Shown piece after piece: positions 56,059 through 64,000 of a stretch of 64,000 nt of DNA. The stretch spans positions 2,728,001 to 2,792,000 of the forward strand of contig OZ251224.1 in the NCBI GenBank assembly GCA_965240325.2, written 5' to 3'. The position numbers were made by a program, and so were the translations under genes. How positions within the stretch are numbered: position 1 is the first letter of the stretch; the number at the start of each line of letters is the position of its first letter. Source of the stretch: Rebecca billardiae RCC1528 (Eukaryota; Protista; Haptophyta). The notes under the pieces are model-generated. The model was not told the DNA's origin and did not search any database. It was given only the letters and a program-made list of their open reading frames with translations.

Positions 56059-58888
56059 CTACGAGAGCGGGCTCGTCCGCACGCTGCCGCCCGTAGCGAC
56101 ACGGCCCGCCACGGTCGACACCGCCTGCCAGGCGCCGTGCGGGGTGGCCGCACGCTGCGCGGCGGTCGGCCGCAGCAGCCGCTGCAGCAGCCGCTTGAGC
56201 TCCGCGCGCGCGGCCTCCAGCTCGTGCCGCGACGGCCCGGCGGGCTGCCTGCCCCGCCGCCTGCCGGGCGCGTCGTCCTCGTCCTCGTCCTCGTCGCTGT
56301 CGCTGCCACCGCCCACGCCGATCTCCCGGCGGAGATCGTCGTCCATCTCAATATCCATCTCCTCAGCAGCGCGCTGCAGCCAATCAGCTTTCGCCTTGGC
56401 CTTGCGCTCGGTGTGCAGCTGCTGGTCGAGCTTGGCGGCGAGGTGTATGGCGCGGTGCACGCGCGGGAGCACCTCGCTCAGCACGCCGAGGCCCTCGAAC
56501 CGCTGGAACCCCTCCGCGCCCATCCCCAGCCCGTGCGCGATCGTCCGGTACCGCTTCTCCTCGGCAGGCTCGACGAGCGCGATCGACAGGCCGTCCGAGC
56601 GCGCGCGCGCCGTGCGGCCCGAGCGGTGCACGTACGTCTCGACGGTGTGCGGCAGCTGGTAGTGCACGACGTACTCGAGGCCCTTGATGTCGAGCCCGCG
56701 CGCCGCCACGTCCGTCGCGAGGAGGACGGCGCCATCCTGCGGGAGCGCGCGCGGGGAAGGGCCAAAGCCGTGACACACGTGTGAGTGAGTCGCGCGAGCG
56801 CGCGGCGTGGCGCGGGCGGCGGGCCGCGGCGCGGCGCGCCGCGCCGCGCTCGCTCGCGCTCACGAGCTTCTTGAACTTGTCGAGGTGCTGGAGCCGCTGG
56901 CGCTGCTGCATCGACGCGTGCAGCGTCACGGTGGGCAGCTCGAGCAGCGGCAGCAGCGCGCCCAGCCGCCGGATGCACGCGATCGAGTTGGCGAACACGA
57001 TGCCGCGCCGCGGCCGCAGCGAACAGAGCAGGGTGAACAAAATCGCTTCCTTGTCTGCAGCGACGCAGGCGAGCTTGCGCTGCTGGAGCGTCTCGACGGT
57101 GAGCTGCTCGCGCGAGAGGTCGACCGTGTGCACCGGGCGGTGGAAGCGCAGCTTGTCGAACAGCCGCAGCATCGCCGGGTTCTCCCCGCCGCCCGCCACC
57201 GCCGCCATGTCGGCGGGCGGCGCGGGCGCCGGGCGCCCCTTCTTGCCGCCCTTGCGGCCGCCCTTGCCCTTGGGCGCGGCCGCGGCGCCGCGCTTGCGCC
57301 GGAGCTCGGCGGGTAGCGTGAGCGTGGCCGAGAAGAGGAAGGTCTGGCGCGGGGGCGCGCGCGGCGCCGCGCGCGCCTCCGCGCGCGCGCCCTCCTCCTC
57401 CTCCTCGCCGCCGCCGCCATCGCCACCGTCGTCGCCGTCGCCGTCGCCGCCCTCGCCCTCGCCCTCGCCGCCGGTCGCGTCGGCGGCCGACGGCGCCACC
57501 CCGCCTTCGACCATGTCGACGATGGCGCCGAGCTCGGCGAAGTGGCCGGGCGCGACCATCCGATCGGCCTCGTCGAGCACGAGGAAGCGCACGCGCGAGA
57601 GCCGCGCCAGGTGCGCGTCCGAGTGCTGCGTGAGCAGCTCCCACAGCCGCCCCGGCGTGGCGACAATCACCGCAGGCCGCTTGGTGAGAAGTCGCCGTTG
57701 CTTCGGGATGGCCATGCCGCCGACAAGCGCGATCACGCGCGTGTCAGGCGAGCGCGGGAGCACGGCGGCGAAGTGCTCGGCCACCTGCAGCGCGAGCTCG
57801 CGCGTGGGCAGCAGGATGAGCGCCGTCGGCGCGTCCGCGGCGCCGTGCTGCTCCCCGTCCTCGCCAGCGCCGCCGTCGTCACCGCCGCCGCCGTCACCGC
57901 CGCCGTCGTCACCGCGGCCGGCAGCGACCTCGTCGTCGCCCTCGCCCTCGCCTCCGCCCTCCGCGGTCGCGCGGCGCGGCGAGGGGTCGTGCGCGCCGGC
58001 GGCGCGGCGCGCGGTGAGCAGGTGGTGCGCGATGGGCAGCGCAAACGCCAGCGTCTTCCCCGAGCCCGTCTCCGCCGCGCCGATCACGTCCATCCCCTGG
58101 GCAATGGCCGCCGGCACGCACGCCGCCTGGATGGGGGTCGGCTGGCTGAAGCCGACGCGCGACAGCGCGCGCAGCAGCGAGCGGTGCAGCCCGAGCGGGC
58201 GCCACGCGTCGACGCTCACCGGTGCCGTTGACGTGCGCCCACCATCCGCAGGCTGCGCCGCGCCCCGGCCGGCGCCACCATCGCTACCGCCCTCGCGCGC
58301 GCTCTCGACGGCCGAGGCCGCACCGCCCGCGTCGCCCGGCGCTGCGGCTGCGAGCTTGCGCGACTTGGCCGCGCCCGCCGGCTTCGCGTCGGGCGTGGCG
58401 CCCGCCGGCCGTGCCTTCGGGCCGGCATCGGCCGCTTCGCGCTTGCGCTTGCGAGCTCCATCCACCGCCTCCTCCGGCTCGGCCTGGCACGCGGGCTCGG
58501 CGCCGAGCGCACCCTCCCGCGCCGCCAGCTGCTCCCTGCGGCGCTGTTTGGCCAGCCGCCGCCGCTCAGCCTTGGGGAGCTTCTCCGGCGCGGCGAGCTC
58601 CCCCTCGCCATGCGCATCTGCGCCACGAGCGCGCGCTCTGTCGCCGTCATCTGCCCCCGCATCCTTCCCGCTCGCCGCGGCTGCGGTGCGCTTGCTCGCG
58701 TCCGGCTTGGCCGGCTTGCCTGTCGGCACGGTCGTCATGCGCTTGCTGAACTCCTCGCCGTCGATCTCCTCGAGGCCGAGAATCCCACCCTCCTGACTGT
58801 ACCGCATCCACTCCAGGTCGAGAGGGACGTCGTTCCAGACCTGGTCGCGATCCGCGGCGCCGCGCGTGCCGCCCTTGTTCTTCCCCAT
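56059..58888 (-). CDS. DDX24: DEAD-box RNA helicase, DDX24/MAK5 family; predicted intron 56737-56863
   Basis: [94 protein letters not shown]. Confidence 0.93.
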
Positions 58889-59500
58889 GCTGCGCGGAGT
58901 GCGGACGTGAGCACGCGGCCAGCGTATCCCGCGTGCATTCGTGCAAAGCGGATTTTGCAGGACCGGAGTACCGGACTCCATTTACGGCGGCCGCGTGAGG
59001 ACGTGCGCCGCGGAACGCCGCCACTCTCTAATCAAGGGCCTTGTCTAACTGTAATGACTAGCTAGCTACCTCGCCAGGCTCCTGGTCTCAGTCTGTGACG
59101 ATGCGCAGTTCTGTGATCATCGATATTCGATGCCACCACCGACTCATCAGCTGATATATAGCGTGGCAGTGACGATGTCTTAGACGACGATACTCATTGA
59201 TGGCTTCAGAGCTGGTAGCAAGCTAGTCAGGAGGCTACGAGCACGAGCAGCCGCGCCCAGACCGTGGCGGGTGCACGATTGCGCAGCCGCCTGCCGCCTC
59301 GCCGGGCTGTGAAGTGTGAGCACAGCGGTCGCTTGTGGTCGTTGCCGATGCGGATTCCCAACTCCCCAAAGATGACGCCCGCTCGTGCTCGCCGGTTGCG
59401 CGCACAGAGTGCGCGCCCCCAGCTACCGCCGTGCGCCGGGCAACTCGCCGCGCGGCCGGGGCTGGGACCAGCCCAGCCTCGACCACAGCGCGGCGCCGGC

Positions 59501-61246
59501 TCAGTCGGCCTGGCCCTCGAGCACCTCCTCAGGCGCGTTGGGCGACGCGTACAGCAGCGTGGCCTTGACGCGCTTGCGGTACCACGCGACGCCGACGCCG
59601 AGCACAACGACGCCGATGCCGAACGCCACGAGCAGCGTGACAACGAGCGGGTTGTGCATCGCCTCGCCGACAGACACCTTGTCCCCGGGGCGGCGCGGCC
59701 GGCGGCTGCGCCCCGGGTCGATCTGGTCGTACTTGGTGCCGCGGTTCTCGACGAGCTCGCCGTACTCGAAGGCCTTGCACTCCTTCTCCTTGGCCGCGCA
59801 CGTCCTCGCGAACGCGTGCATCAGCGTCGACTGGATGCTCGCCCACGACTCGGTGTGCACGCCGTCGTACTCGCACGCGTCCGAGGCGATGTCGTAGGCG
59901 TCGCAGCAGTGGTTGCTGCACAGCTTGGACTCGGGGATCGAGGTGGTGTCGTTGTTGTCGAAGGCGTTGAAGCCGCACAGCGACTTCACCACGTCGAGCG
60001 CGCCCTTGTCCGTGCCGACGACGCGCGTGCCCTGCGTCACCGCGCACGCCGGCGTGCACACGCGGTTCGAGTGCGTCGTGCACTTGATCCGTTCCTCCAT
60101 GCCATGTGAGCACTCGGAGCATGGCGCGCACGCGCCCTCGACGCGCGCGTAGAAGTCGTGCGGGCACGAGCCGTCGTCCTCGGGCGCGAGCTCGCCCTCG
60201 CGCAGCTTGGGCGGCGCGGCCCCGCAGGTCTTCGGCGCCTCCACGCCGCACAGCGACCACCGCTCCTTCGGGTCGGTCGTGTAGCACCACGGGCCCGCCT
60301 CGCCGTCCGGGTTGCGGCAGTAGTTGTGCCCGCCGAGCCCCGCGTCGGGGTAGAAGCTCGCCGTGCGCGTGTGCTGGTGCGGCGTCTGCTCGGACCACGC
60401 CTGGCAGGGGGTGCCGCGCTCGGTCGTGTTCTTCGTGCCGCGGTAGTCCCTGCCGTCCGCCTCCCAGAAGCACGCGTCGTGGCCGTGGAAGCAGTCGGCG
60501 CCGTCGTACTGGCACTGCGGCACGTTGCACTCGGCGTCGCACTCGCCGTCGTCAATGTAGCGCGGCAGGCAGTGCGGCGCGCACCCCTTGGTCTGGCCCG
60601 GCTCGAGGCAGTCGGTGCCATCCCAGTCGCACTCCGCGACGAAGCACGCCTCGTCGCACAGCCCGTCGTCCGTCCAGAGCGTGGGGCACCCCCTTGCGCA
60701 ATAGCTGCCGGTCGTGAGGCAGTCGCCCGCGTCGTAGAGGCACGCGGTCGTGTTGCACTCCTCGTGGCAGATGTTGTCGCTCAGGTCGATGTGCTGGCAG
60801 CCCGGGGCGCACTCCACCTTCGTCGGGTCCGTGATCGTCGGGTCGGTGAAGTTGGTCACCGCAAACAAGAAGTCGGTCGACGAGTAGCCGTACAGCATCA
60901 CGTACAGCTCGCAGTTGGCCGGGTTCGGGCAGTCGAACTCGAAGCCATCGCGCCGGATGAGCATCTCCTCCATGCCCGCGTTGTTCAGGGCCCACACCGA
61001 GTCCGTCGGCGGGTAGTCCACGTCCTCGAACGAGATGTAGCAGTCCGCGTCGCCGTAGATCGGCACGATGCTCACCTTCATGACCGACACGTTTGCCGGC
61101 ACCCTCACCTTGTAGTACGCCGACTGGCTCATGAAGAGCTGGGCGCGCTCGATCGTGCCGAAGAAGTACGGCTTGTACTCGTGGTCCTCCGCGCGGGCCG
61201 GCGCCACCGCGCACGCCAGCGCGAGCGCCGCGAGGAGCTTCAACAT
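59501..61246 (-). CDS. Type I membrane protein: signal peptide, beta-rich (PPC-like) domain, 3 LNR/Notch repeats, kringle, TNFR-like Cys repeat, TM helix, short tail
   Basis: Three C...C.....D..C...C....C..D..DC repeats; YRG...T..G..CQ.W...HNYCRNPDG..GPWCYT; CAPCSEC...CT..SNRVC; TM LVVTLLVAFGIGVVVLGVGVAWY followed by RKR. Confidence 0.88.
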   Translation of the reverse strand: MLKLLAALALACAVAPARAEDHEYKPYFFGTIERAQLFMSQSAYYKVRVPANVSVMKVSIVPIYGDADCYISFEDVDYPPTDSVWALNNAGMEEMLIRRDGFEFDCPNPANCELYVMLYGYSSTDFLFAVTNFTDPTITDPTKVECAPGCQHIDLSDNICHEECNTTACLYDAGDCLTTGSYCARGCPTLWTDDGLCDEACFVAECDWDGTDCLEPGQTKGCAPHCLPRYIDDGECDAECNVPQCQYDGADCFHGHDACFWEADGRDYRGTKNTTERGTPCQAWSEQTPHQHTRTASFYPDAGLGGHNYCRNPDGEAGPWCYTTDPKERWSLCGVEAPKTCGAAPPKLREGELAPEDDGSCPHDFYARVEGACAPCSECSHGMEERIKCTTHSNRVCTPACAVTQGTRVVGTDKGALDVVKSLCGFNAFDNNDTTSIPESKLCSNHCCDAYDIASDACEYDGVHTESWASIQSTLMHAFARTCAAKEKECKAFEYGELVENRGTKYDQIDPGRSRRPRRPGDKVSVGEAMHNPLVVTLLVAFGIGVVVLGVGVAWYRKRVKATLLYASPNAPEEVLEGQAD

Positions 61247-61503
61247 CGGCACACGAGGGTGGCGGACGCAACTGGGGCCGCCGCCGCCGCTTCACGAGCC
61301 CACCCGCGCGCTGGGCAGGCGCCGCGGCTCGTGAAGCGGCCTGCCCAGCGCGGCTCAGCGGAGGACTGGTGGAGGTGCTGTGCAGTCCGGGAGAGGGCAA
61401 CACCATTCCGGTGCTCGGCGAGGCGCGCCGGCCGGGGCCGGGGCGGGCGCACGGGAGAGCACGGCCAAGACTCGCGTGCAGTCGGCGTGTAGCGTGCCCG
61501 GCC

Positions 61504-62964
61504 ATGCTCGCGCCGGCACTCCTCATAACGACCACAATAACTGCCGCGCCGGGCGGCAGCCTCGTGGCTGCCGCGCCGGGTGGCAGCCTCTCGCTCGTGC
61601 ACGCCGATCTCCTCATCCCCGGCGAGGGCGCGCCCGTGCGCGACGCGGCACTTGTGTACAACGCCTCGAGCGGCGCCATCGTCTTCAGCGGACCGCGCGG
61701 CGCTCAGCCGGCCCTTCCGGCGCGCACGCCCAAGGTACACGTGCCCGTGATCATGCCCGGGCTCTTCGACACGCACACGCACTTTGGCGGCACGAGCTGT
61801 GCCGAGATCGCGCCCGATCTCGCGACGTTCTCGCGCGGTCGGTTCCCGCGCACTTACGAGCAGTTTGCGTGCGCGCTCCGGATGGCGCTCGAGTCGATCT
61901 GCGCGGGCGTGACCTCGGTGCGCGAGGTGGGCTCGGCGTTCTCGCAGCCGCTCGCGCACGCCCTCGCGAGCGGGCTCTACCTCGGCCCGCACTTCCACTA
62001 CGCCTCCTTTGCGCTCGGCATGACCGGCGGCCATGCTGACGAGCAGTACGAGCCGCTCGCGGCCGTTGACAACGCGGGCGCGAAGAGCGTGTACGCGAAC
62101 GGGTACACCGGGCTGTGCGACGGGCCGGCGGAGTGCGTGAAGCGCACGCGCGAGCAGCTGCGCGCGCAGGCCGACGTGATCAAGGTGATGGCCACCGGCG
62201 GCGTCCTCTCGGCGTTCGACTCGCCCACGGACCAGGAGCTCTCTCGCGCGGAGGTGAGCGCGATCGTCTCTGAGGCGGCGCGCGCGCGGCGCGTGGTCGC
62301 CGCGCACGCGCACGGCGCGCTGGGCATCGTCAACGCGATCGAGTCCGGCGTGCACACGATCGAGCACGGCTCGTACGGCAACGCGACGATCTGGCGCCTC
62401 GCCAAGGCCAAGGGCGTGCTGTACACGCCGACCATCGCGATCACGCAGACGTTCAACGGCACGCGGCCGGCCGCGTACAATGAGCGCCAGTGGGCGAAGG
62501 GCGTGGAGGTGCTGCAGCACCACAGCGCGTCGGTACGCGCGGCGCTACGCGAGGGCGTGACGATCACGACGGGCACCGACTGCCCCTTCGGCTCGTGCGC
62601 CCACGTCGGCTCGGAGCTCGTGTACCTGCATGAACTGTTTGGCGTGCCGCCGCTCGACGCGATCCGGATGGGCACGGCCAACGCGCCGCTCGCGCTGGGT
62701 GAGCTTGGCATGGCGCCGCGCACGGGGCGGCTCGCCGCGGGGTACGTGGCGGACATGATCGGGCTCAGCGAGTCGCCGCTCGAGCGCATCCGCGTGCTCG
62801 CCGAGCCGCGCAGCGTCACGCACGTGTGGAAAGCTGGGCGGCTCGTCAAGCACCCGCGCACGGACGTGTGCGCGCCGGTCGCGGACGGGCTGGCCGACCC
62901 GCGCCGCGCGGTCGCCTCGGCGAGCAGCGCGCTCGCGCACGTCACCGCCGCGAGCTCGTACTGA
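61504..62964 (+). CDS. Metal-dependent amidohydrolase (ochratoxinase/Xaa-Pro dipeptidase-like), intronless
   Basis: MPGLFDTHTH, GGHAD, CDG..EC...R.QLR..ADVIKVMATGGVLS, AHAHG, TIEHG, GTD and G..AD motifs. Confidence 0.9.
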   Translation: MLAPALLITTTITAAPGGSLVAAAPGGSLSLVHADLLIPGEGAPVRDAALVYNASSGAIVFSGPRGAQPALPARTPKVHVPVIMPGLFDTHTHFGGTSCAEIAPDLATFSRGRFPRTYEQFACALRMALESICAGVTSVREVGSAFSQPLAHALASGLYLGPHFHYASFALGMTGGHADEQYEPLAAVDNAGAKSVYANGYTGLCDGPAECVKRTREQLRAQADVIKVMATGGVLSAFDSPTDQELSRAEVSAIVSEAARARRVVAAHAHGALGIVNAIESGVHTIEHGSYGNATIWRLAKAKGVLYTPTIAITQTFNGTRPAAYNERQWAKGVEVLQHHSASVRAALREGVTITTGTDCPFGSCAHVGSELVYLHELFGVPPLDAIRMGTANAPLALGELGMAPRTGRLAAGYVADMIGLSESPLERIRVLAEPRSVTHVWKAGRLVKHPRTDVCAPVADGLADPRRAVASASSALAHVTAASSY

Positions 62965-64000
62965 CGATCGTACATACGAGACATCCGGCCGGCTTTGGCA
63001 TCGTCTGGTTGATGGGCTGCCGCGGTGCCGCCGAGAGGCGAGACGCAGCAGGCAGCAGCACAACAAGTGTGACGATATGATGATGGCGCCTGCTGCGCTT
63101 ACATCAATTATTGGTCACATCATCCGCCGCTGTGCGCCATTAGCGTCTGTCTATCTATATATCTATCTATCTAGATCTATGGGTGGAATTCCCATTTTCT
63201 GGCGCACTTCCGCACTGGGGAGGCGGAAAAGCGCGCCATTTAATACGGAAATAAGCTAATAAAAAGGCATTTGTTATAAAAGAAATAAGCGCGCACGCAG
63301 TGCGAAGAAATTTTTTCGGCGGTGTAGTATGCGAATATCACCATACATCTGCGTACGCGGCGTCCCGAGCACCCTCGGGGCTCAGCTGCGGCTCGGCCTG
63401 CGCACGCTCAGCAAGCTCGCGTGCGGCAGCCTTTCCCTTGCCCCGCCTCGAGCAAGACTCACTATGAGGATTGACGTATGACTATGAGTGAGCGTGTGCC
63501 GCCGAAAGCTGCTGTCCGACAGCCACCCGCGGCTGCAGCCGCTGGCCGCGGTGCCTGGCCTCGGCGCGGGCCCCGCAGGCCTCCTCCTCCTGCGCGCCTC
63601 CTCCAGGCGTTTGGGCCGCCGCCGCCTTGGCCGCCTCGTCCTCGTCGATCAGCTGAACGGCGGGAGTGATGTCTGTGCTCAGCTGACTGCGACTTGACGA
63701 GCGAGGCGACGAGCGACAGCAGCCCGATGACCAAGCCGACGAGCTCGTCGTACGAGCCGTCACGCGTGCGCTCGTGCTGTGTCTGAGCTGGCTCGCGCTC
63801 GTACGCCGACCAGGCTTTGCTCGGACTGAACGCGTCTTCTCAGGCGTCTTTGCGTGTGCGCTTGGGCGGCCGCGGGCCGTCATCTGGTCCGACCGCGCGC
63901 AGCTCGAGCTCGGAAGCGTTGAGCTGCTCCACGGTCGACTCGCTTTCTGCCTCAGGCTCGACCACGGCAGCAGGCCCCGCAGCAGCCGCCTGATAGCATC

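Noticed and set aside
2103-61492. Many long antisense or alternative-frame ORFs (e.g. 2103-3998, 23813-26152, 37641-38924, 46856-49096, 56781-58796)
   Set aside because: They are shadows of real genes caused by stop-codon scarcity at very high GC; Arg/Ala/Ser-rich with no motifs.
63462-64000. Possible 3' end of a minus-strand gene at the window edge
   Set aside because: Only short protein-like patches in different frames; cannot be resolved without the adjacent sequence.

Overview
This is very GC-rich, gene-dense eukaryotic nuclear DNA with short GT-AG introns (GTGCGC donors, GCGCAG acceptors). The gene content (flagellar ODA docking protein, UGA-recoded selenoprotein, probable plastid-targeted protein, secreted alpha-CA) suggests a flagellated alga, most plausibly a haptophyte; that assignment is inference. 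About 20 protein genes are supported: class I cNMP phosphodiesterase, SpoU methyltransferase, FTR-variable-chain-like protein, DUF1757-like protein, AMPK/MARK-type kinase, ATG12, ODA-DC1, acetolactate synthase, alpha-carbonic anhydrase, P5CS, SAPS-like protein, two Orai-like 4-TM paralogs flanking a SelenoF gene with its SECIS, DDX24/MAK5, an LNR-kringle-TNFR receptor-like protein and an ochratoxinase-like amidohydrolase. There is also a complete TA-flanked pogo-like DNA transposon (14560-18529) and a 1.1 kb non-autonomous TIR element. Eight gene pairs are head-to-head with spacers under 400 bp. The best candidate for a new system is the 52-55 kb locus: an Orai-like paralog with Q at the E106 filter position, a SelenoF gene starting 147 bp away on the opposite strand, and a second Orai-like paralog that keeps E. 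No rRNA, tRNA or CRISPR array was recognised. All family assignments are by eye from remembered motifs, not from database searches, and intron boundaries are manual predictions.
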